This document shows positions 58,095-64,000 of a stretch of 64,000 bases of DNA, one piece after another; position 1 is the first letter of the stretch, and each line of letters opens with the position of its first letter. The notes beneath the pieces are model-generated. The model made no database searches. It saw nothing but the letters and a program-made list of their open reading frames with translations, and was not told the origin of the DNA. The translations under genes were made by a program, and so were the position numbers. Origin of the DNA: a virus; IMG/VR virus record IMGVR_UViG_3300042534_000747; one strand, written 5' to 3'.

Positions 58095-58801
58095 CCTTCA
58101 ATTAACTTCATTTCTTTATCAATGAAATACCTTCTAACATCTTCATATTTTGCAGGATTATTTATAAATAATCTCATGTTTCCATTTTTAAATGGTTTAA
58201 TATTTAATTCAGGATTTGTACTATTGATTCTTTTTTCATAATTTGCAATTGATTCATCATACCCTTTTCTAAAATCAATTTTAATATCACAAATTATTGA
58301 AATGATATTATTTAAATCATCAACAGTTTGACCTCTGAAATCATATACTCCTAATGTAACATATTTTTCAGTTTTCTTATACAATAAATTGTAAATGGTT
58401 TCAATGGGTTGAGTATTTCTAAAACTGTAACCTGTATAAACTTTATTGTTTGTCATTTCTGCAATTTTCTTTGCTTCAGATTCATAATAAACATCTGTAT
58501 TAAGATGCACTCTCATTTGGCTTAATTTTACATCACTTGAATTTTTTACATATTTATCAAGAATGGTTTTTAATTCTGAGTAAGAATCTGCATAAAAAAT
58601 CTTTTTCTTATCATCTGCATTAATTTGCAATCTATCAACATCTACATTGTGATTTTGAGCTGAATATTCACGAATGAATTTATTTCTGATGGATTCTCTT
58701 GCTTCACCAGTACTTAAATTAATTGAATATTTAGATTCAATTGCCTTTATTTCATCAATACATTTATTAATTGATATATTTTTTAATTCCATTATTTTCA
58801 A
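58082..58801 (-). CDS. Hypothetical protein (tandem paralog)
   Basis: As above. Confidence 0.8.
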   Translation of the reverse strand: MKIMELKNISINKCIDEIKAIESKYSINLSTGEARESIRNKFIREYSAQNHNVDVDRLQINADDKKKIFYADSYSELKTILDKYVKNSSDVKLSQMRVHLNTDVYYESEAKKIAEMTNNKVYTGYSFRNTQPIETIYNLLYKKTEKYVTLGVYDFRGQTVDDLNNIISIICDIKIDFRKGYDESIANYEKRINSTNPELNIKPFKNGNMRLFINNPAKYEDVRRYFIDKEMKLIEGWRK

Positions 58802-58882
58802 CCCTTTTAGTAAAGGATGGCACTAATGGTATATAAATGTTTTTAAAATTACGGTTAATTAAAAAAGAAAAAAGAAAATTAT

Positions 58883-59314
58883 TTAGTAAGATTCAGTGTT
58901 ATATAGTAAAATATCAAATTGTTCATTACCTAAAAGACGTTTCAAATCTTTTTCTGATTTCACACATGCTTTATAGATTTTTTCAACTTTTTTATTTTTT
59001 ACATATCTACCATAATCATCTTCATCATATTCTTCATATCCAAATTCACGGCAAAATTCTGAAAATGACATATCAGATGAATTTGCATCTGATGCTAAAG
59101 ATGATAACATTTCACATACATTAGGTTTTCTACCATTATGACCATAACCCATACTGTAATGAACTGTTAATTGTGTATTTCTTTTTCCACATACCAATAC
59201 ACATTTCCAATGGTCTGCATCTTTCCAATCAGTATTATTTGGATTCTGTCTAGTACGTTCACATGATTGTATACGTATTTTGTTGTTTTTTACAAATTGT
59301 TCTATTGATAACAT
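58883..59314 (-). CDS. Conserved phage/plasmid-type hypothetical protein
   Basis: P....LSSLASDA....SFSEFCREFGY motif. Confidence 0.8.
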   Translation of the reverse strand: MLSIEQFVKNNKIRIQSCERTRQNPNNTDWKDADHWKCVLVCGKRNTQLTVHYSMGYGHNGRKPNVCEMLSSLASDANSSDMSFSEFCREFGYEEYDEDDYGRYVKNKKVEKIYKACVKSEKDLKRLLGNEQFDILLYNTESY

Positions 59315-59345
59315 TTTATCACTACTATAAATATAGTATGGAAGT

Positions 59346-59387
59346 ATATAAAGTTTTTTTAGAATTAGTGGGAGTTAAAAAAGAAAA
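59346..59387 (-). repeat. Class-II intergenic repeat, copy 2
   Basis: Near-identical to 16797-16837. Confidence 0.85.
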
Positions 59388-59398
59388 AGGGAAGGGAA

Positions 59399-59524
59399 TT
59401 AATTTGTAGCTTCATCATGCCATTTTTGAACATCTTTTGCATGGTCTACTGGCACTTTATTAAGAACTACTGATTTCATATATGATATATCTTTAATATC
59501 AAAATTAATTTTAGTATTTGCCAT
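59399..59524 (-). CDS. Small protein (not in ORF track)
   Basis: 41 aa MANTKINFDIK...HDEATN. Confidence 0.55.
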   Translation of the reverse strand: MANTKINFDIKDISYMKSVVLNKVPVDHAKDVQKWHDEATN

Positions 59525-59544
59525 TATTTTTACCAATTATAAAA

Positions 59545-60126
59545 TTACCATTTGAATTTTTTATTTAACTTTCTAGCATTTTCAACAGTCATTGATACAG
59601 AAATTGTACCTATATAATCAGGAATTGGATTACTTATTTTATATGGTATTTTCGATTTTTTCAAAATATTTAATTCTTCATTATTTAAAAATACAATTGC
59701 TTCTTGTTTTGGATAAAAATGTCCATCCATTGCATATATCTTATTTCCATCTATCCTAGTTTCATTTCCTTTTTTATAATAACTTTTCATAAATCCTAAT
59801 AAAATATCATACATTTTTTCAGGATAATGACGATATTGAAGTATTTCATCTGCTTTTTCATCAGTTGTTACACCAAATATACTAAACTTATTTATTATTG
59901 AACTACGTTGATTTGCTAATGAATGACCTGTATAGTTCTTATATGTAAATGGTGTTTCATACGTTTCACGCACATAAACATCATAATATCCATCTTTTTT
60001 CTTAATTGTTCTTACTTTGCAACCAATAAATTTATGATATTCTTTAATTTTATCTGCACCTATTTTATTTACTGAACTATCACTTGAAACTAAACTATAT
60101 TCTTCATCGTTAAATTTTTTCCACAT
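59545..60126 (-). CDS. Basic protein with N-terminal KKF-family domain
   Basis: WKKFNDEEYSL...GCKVRTI...YYDVYVR. Confidence 0.75.
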   Translation of the reverse strand: MWKKFNDEEYSLVSSDSSVNKIGADKIKEYHKFIGCKVRTIKKKDGYYDVYVRETYETPFTYKNYTGHSLANQRSSIINKFSIFGVTTDEKADEILQYRHYPEKMYDILLGFMKSYYKKGNETRIDGNKIYAMDGHFYPKQEAIVFLNNEELNILKKSKIPYKISNPIPDYIGTISVSMTVENARKLNKKFKW

Positions 60127-60132
60127 TTTAAA

Positions 60133-60381
60133 TCACTCCCTGCATACGAAAACATTATATCCATTTTTGCAAGGAACTACTCTTGCAAGATTACCCTTTG
60201 CTTTTTGTTCATCTCTGATACCCATAGCAACATGCTTCTTTCTTGATGTGTCAAAGAGTCCATATACTTTTCCACCGAACTTACGTTTGTTATTTGTATA
60301 ACTGTACTGTTGTTCGTGTGGTTGGTCTGAAAGCGTTCTAGCATCAATCTTCTTTAATTTTTTATTATCTTTCCCTGTCAT
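60133..60381 (-). CDS. Small basic protein, duplicate of 54386..54634
   Basis: KRKFGGKVYGL...KGNLARVVPC..GYNVFV. Confidence 0.85.
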   Translation of the reverse strand: MTGKDNKKLKKIDARTLSDQPHEQQYSYTNNKRKFGGKVYGLFDTSRKKHVAMGIRDEQKAKGNLARVVPCKNGYNVFVCRE

Positions 60382-60428
60382 TATTTCACCTTATTTATAT
60401 TAAAGTAAATTTATATTGTTTTAGAAGT

Positions 60429-60469
60429 ATATAAAGATTTTTAGGATTAGTGAGGGTTAAAAAAGAAAA
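60429..60469 (-). repeat. Class-II intergenic repeat, copy 3
   Basis: 3 A/G transitions in the 27-bp core. Confidence 0.8.
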
Positions 60470-60479
60470 AAGGAAAGAA

Positions 60480-62087
60480 TTATTCTTCTACAAAATACAA
60501 ATTTTCTAATGGTCTTGTATATGCAACATAACGAATATTCTGTTCCTGTTGTAATTCCCAATCCTTTTTAGCATAGAGAGATGGCATTAAGTGAGGATAA
60601 AGGATGAATACATTCTTTGCTTCAAGTCCTTTTGCTCTATGAACTGTTGACAATAGTACTTCTACATCATTATTTTCAGAGAAAATGTTTTGGATATGTT
60701 TAATGAGGACATTTACGCTATCTGATTCAATCATTTCAATTAAAGTAAAGATACATTCACATTTGTCAATTAGGGCATTAGGGTTGAGATTTTTAGCCTT
60801 GTAACGTTCTTCCTCTTCATCTAACCAATCTGATATAAGATTACCCAAATCATCATTTGAAGTAGTTTTAAATTCCTTGATGAATTTAACTAATTCAGCA
60901 CCTATATCTCTACCATTAATAGTTGCTTTAATTCCATTTGAAATTAATGTGAAACATGGCTTTATAAGTGGTGCATTATTTCTACAAAGAACTAAATCAC
61001 CTGATTGAACATAATCACTAAATGCAGTGTAATTTATAGTTTCAACTTTACCATCAATTGCATTTTCAGCAGCTTCAATATGTGGAACTAATGTTTGAGC
61101 AAGTTTTACTACATTTTTAGGGCATCTGTATGTGATTGACAATGGTAATAATGTTGCATCCATTCTTGCAATGAAATTAGGAATTGAATCAACATCTGCT
61201 CCACGAAATCCATACAAACTTTGAAATTTATCACCCATTGCTATAATTCTACCATTTTCAGAAAGGCAATTAAGTACAAGCTCCATTTGTGTTTTATTGG
61301 CATCCTGTGCTTCATCAAAAAGAATGATATCATATTTTGGATAATTCATTTTCTTAGAATGTTTGACAGGAAGGTAAATCATATCATTATAATCAATTGT
61401 TTTTGTATTCATAAATGATTTTTTCAATGTGTTTTTTACGAAAGAGAAAACTATACTCTTATCAATAGATTCACCCATCATGATATCTGCTTTGTGTATG
61501 CTTAAAATTTCATCATCAGATAATTTTGGATTTTCCTTTTTCAATGATTCAAGAGCATCATCTAGTACATATTCAGGTAGTGTTATGTCGTGATGTTCCA
61601 TTAAATGATTAATATTTTCATTACTTGCTTCCATATTATTATTTTTCAAGAAACCAACTAATTTTATTGTAAAGCTGGATAATGAAGAAAACATATGTCT
61701 ACTAAGATTATAATCTTTTACAATTGCTGAAAATATTTGATATGATTTATCATTTTTCAAATCTACTTTAAAACCTGAACGAATTAAAACAGTTCTTCCT
61801 AAACTATGAGTTGTGCATACCTCAACATTCTTTAGTTTTTTTGATTTAATTTCATCAACAATACTATTATTGAATGCTATATAAATTACTTTTAATGAAC
61901 TAGGTATGAATTTTAATGCTTCCATTAAAGTTGTTGTTTTTCCTGAACCTGCTGTAGCTTCGATAACAGCATGTCCTTTACCATTTCTAATAAATTCAAA
62001 TATGTTTTCTTGATATATTGAAGGTGTGAATACCATTTTTTGATTACCATCCATGTTCTGAGTAATACAATAAATGGTTCTAATCAT
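60480..62087 (-). CDS. Superfamily 1 (UvrD/Rep-like) helicase
   Basis: ATAGSGKT, DEAQD, GDKFQSLYGFRG, TYRCP, STVHRAKGLE, YVAYTR. Confidence 0.93.
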   Translation of the reverse strand: MIRTIYCITQNMDGNQKMVFTPSIYQENIFEFIRNGKGHAVIEATAGSGKTTTLMEALKFIPSSLKVIYIAFNNSIVDEIKSKKLKNVEVCTTHSLGRTVLIRSGFKVDLKNDKSYQIFSAIVKDYNLSRHMFSSLSSFTIKLVGFLKNNNMEASNENINHLMEHHDITLPEYVLDDALESLKKENPKLSDDEILSIHKADIMMGESIDKSIVFSFVKNTLKKSFMNTKTIDYNDMIYLPVKHSKKMNYPKYDIILFDEAQDANKTQMELVLNCLSENGRIIAMGDKFQSLYGFRGADVDSIPNFIARMDATLLPLSITYRCPKNVVKLAQTLVPHIEAAENAIDGKVETINYTAFSDYVQSGDLVLCRNNAPLIKPCFTLISNGIKATINGRDIGAELVKFIKEFKTTSNDDLGNLISDWLDEEEERYKAKNLNPNALIDKCECIFTLIEMIESDSVNVLIKHIQNIFSENNDVEVLLSTVHRAKGLEAKNVFILYPHLMPSLYAKKDWELQQEQNIRYVAYTRPLENLYFVEE

Positions 62088-62156
62088 ATATAAATGTTAC
62101 TTAAAAATAGAAAACATTAATTAGATAATTAACTGTTTGAAAAATGTAAAGTAGAA

Positions 62157-62178
62157 GTAATTACCACATAGCAATTAC
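62157..62178 (-). other. UAUGUG-loop hairpin between DUF2828 and helicase
   Basis: Minus strand GTAATTGC-TATGTG-GTAATTAC, 8 bp with one G-U. Confidence 0.55.
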
Positions 62179-62248
62179 ATCACTTTAATCCAATATGACG
62201 GTTGGAATTCATAGAATGGCACTTATACTATAAATAAGTATCTAAATA

Positions 62249-63661
62249 TTAGATATGAATGATATCATATCTTTCTGAATTTAATATATCAAGCATTAAA
62301 TCAATTGCTGATAGTCCACTTGTAATCTGACTGAATAAATTAGGACTGAAACCACTTACAAGCTGAACACCTGATTTATTAACTGCAACTGTTGGTTTAG
62401 TTCCATAATTTTCAACATTCCAGAATACAATTTCTGGTAAATTATAACCTTCTTCATTAAATTCTATTGAAATATCAGTAAATGTGCTATTTCCAGTGAT
62501 ATCTTCACAATCAAATTGCATATCACTAATTATATAGAGTTTTGAAGGCATTTCTGATTGCGGAACTCTATTATTAATTGCAACTTTTAATATTTTTCGT
62601 AATGCAAGTCTTAGGTCTGTATTATAGCCTACATTAGAATGTTCAATAAAATTCATTTTTTCATAAAGAGTATTTCCTCTTATTTGTATTAATAGAGGTA
62701 TATTACTAAATGACATGTAATGATTTGCAAAAACACCTTTATTACGTTCTGCATAATAGAGTGCAAGTGATACTGAAACGCTCATAGGTCTACCTGTCAT
62801 AGAAGATGAAACATCTGCCATTACAAGAGCATTTTCATTTTGTACATAATTTGGTAGTGCATTCCATAATGCTTCAAGTGTATTATCTTCTCTTGATATT
62901 TTATCATAAATTTCATATGGATAAAGTGTAGATGAATTTATTTTCATTTCACCATTTATAGCTTTCTTTATAAAGGCAGAATAACGTTCTTCATCATGCC
63001 TTTTGAATGCATTTCTATAATTCATTGATGCTTTTGATGGAACTGTTGAATAATCAATAGAATGCCAATTATTAAATGACATTTCAGTTTCAACGATTCC
63101 TATCTGTTTACGCAAGCTACTAATTGTTTTTCTATAATGAATTTCTGACATATTTAATTCATTAGCTAGATAATGTGCAAGTTTTCTTGTATTATATGAT
63201 GATGCATTGATTGTAGGCATCCATTTTGCAAGGAGTGAAGGGTTATCAGATATTAAATCAGAGGCAAGTTGATTTTTGATAATGTTAATCATTTCATCTT
63301 CAAGTGAAGTTCCAATTAAAATGAACAAATCATCCCATCTTCCATATTCTGCAATATGTGGTATTAAATATTTAACATCTTCAGGATAATTTATAGCAAG
63401 ATGATTGAAAATTGTTCTAAATAATTCTCTTTCACCCTGTCCTTCACGAACATCTCTTGAATAAAAAAGTGCCTTTAATGCAAGATTCTTATCTTCAAAA
63501 TAAGCTTTCATGAAAGTATTTATCTGAATAGATTTAGGTGTATTTCTCATAGCACCTGATGCAGAAAAGAAATCCAATACTACATTATTTGTTGATTTAA
63601 ATGCTTTATCTCCATTGAGAGTTTCAGTTTCATTAAAATGGTTTTTTAATTCGTTTAACAT
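62249..63661 (-). CDS. DUF2828 family protein (TROVE/Ro60-like N-terminus plus vWA domain)
   Basis: TLNGDKAFKST, LKALFYSRDVREGQGER, EYGRWDDL, LLAKWMP, DVSSSM MIDAS, ISDMQFD. Confidence 0.9.
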   Translation of the reverse strand: MLNELKNHFNETETLNGDKAFKSTNNVVLDFFSASGAMRNTPKSIQINTFMKAYFEDKNLALKALFYSRDVREGQGERELFRTIFNHLAINYPEDVKYLIPHIAEYGRWDDLFILIGTSLEDEMINIIKNQLASDLISDNPSLLAKWMPTINASSYNTRKLAHYLANELNMSEIHYRKTISSLRKQIGIVETEMSFNNWHSIDYSTVPSKASMNYRNAFKRHDEERYSAFIKKAINGEMKINSSTLYPYEIYDKISREDNTLEALWNALPNYVQNENALVMADVSSSMTGRPMSVSVSLALYYAERNKGVFANHYMSFSNIPLLIQIRGNTLYEKMNFIEHSNVGYNTDLRLALRKILKVAINNRVPQSEMPSKLYIISDMQFDCEDITGNSTFTDISIEFNEEGYNLPEIVFWNVENYGTKPTVAVNKSGVQLVSGFSPNLFSQITSGLSAIDLMLDILNSERYDIIHI

Positions 63662-63708
63662 TAAAGGATTCTCCTATATACATTGATAATAGTTAAAATT
63701 TTATAGTG

Positions 63709-63749
63709 AGTTAGAAATAATCTATTAATAAACATGATTATTTCTAACT
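63709..63749 (-). other. Perfect 14-bp hairpin in the DUF2828 leader
   Basis: AGTTAGAAATAATC-13 nt-GATTATTTCTAACT. Confidence 0.7.
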
Positions 63750-63787
63750 TTTATTTTTACACTGTTGTGTACATTTGATATATGTTC

Positions 63788-63905
63788 AAGATACATTTTA
63801 TCATTGTATTGAAATGATTTTGCTGTTAGTATCTTTATTTTTATTCTCGACACTTTGTTTTTCAAATAATCAGTTTGTTTTTTATTTGTTTGCTGTGAGT
63901 GCCGA
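63788..63905 (-). ncRNA. Two tandem copies of a structured RNA motif (P1 - U(A/C)ACAGCAAA loop - P2)
   Basis: Unit 63847-63905: TCGGCAC/GTGTCGA and CAAATAA/TTATTTG. Unit 63788-63835: AAGATAC/GTATCTT and ATCATT/AATGAT. TATA at 63930-63937. Confidence 0.7.
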
Positions 63906-64000
63906 CAATACAGTTAATGTACTTAATACTATATAAAGTTATGTATTGAATGGAATTGTGAAATTGCATAGTATTAAATATTATTAGTACATATAACAAA

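Noticed and set aside
61-61418. Many short opposite-strand or alternate-frame ORFs in the track (e.g. 61..261, 1095..1358, 4815..5102, 9890..10300, 17142..17327, 28028..29038, 32826..33095, 49544..49855, 52709..53044, 61221..61418)
   Set aside because: They overlap longer, motif-bearing genes, lack RBS or promoter, and read as antisense shadows
1-64000. Assignment as a Borg element
   Set aside because: Only a few short tandem repeats, no terminal repeats visible, and no Methanoperedens-specific marker recognised; virus versus other ECE is unresolved
1-64000. Alternative genetic code or stop-codon read-through
   Set aside because: Long genes are intact and tightly packed in the standard code; the few breaks are frame changes, not in-frame stops

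Overview
This is a 64 kb fragment of a large, very AT-rich archaeal mobile genome, either a virus or a virus-like extrachromosomal element. It is not host chromosome: there are no rRNA, ribosomal-protein or central-metabolism genes, and there are dense arrays of short orphan ORFs. Archaeal evidence: TATA/BRE promoters, (A)GGTGA ribosome-binding sites, T-tract terminators and a tRNA-Gln(UUG) with the archaeal A1:U72 pair. A disaggregatase-like beta-helix protein and a DUF2341-type surface protein suggest a Methanosarcinales host (inference). Layout: (i) 0.25-16.8 kb, an OB-fold protein and then about 35 short early-type genes behind a stereotyped terminator-promoter-RBS repeat; (ii) 16.9-21.4 kb, a class II ribonucleotide reductase with a 151-aa mini-intein, next to a catalytically dead RNR-fold protein of a different lineage; (iii) 22-37 kb, a membrane/surface module with small 2-TM proteins, CPBP and M50 proteases, a class III (pilin-type) signal-peptide protein, a membrane-anchored wHTH, a polytopic membrane protein and an FtsK/HerA ATPase; (iv) 37-60 kb, a MazG-like protein, tRNA, nucleotidyltransferase, paralogous small basic proteins, a putative ADP-ribosyltransferase and surface proteins; (v) 60-64 kb, an SF1 helicase and DUF2828, whose 5' leader has two covarying copies of a structured RNA motif with a U(A/C)ACAGCAAA internal loop. 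I recognised no HK97 capsid, portal, terminase, polymerase, integrase, transposase or CRISPR array. All family calls come from motif recognition by eye; no database search was run.
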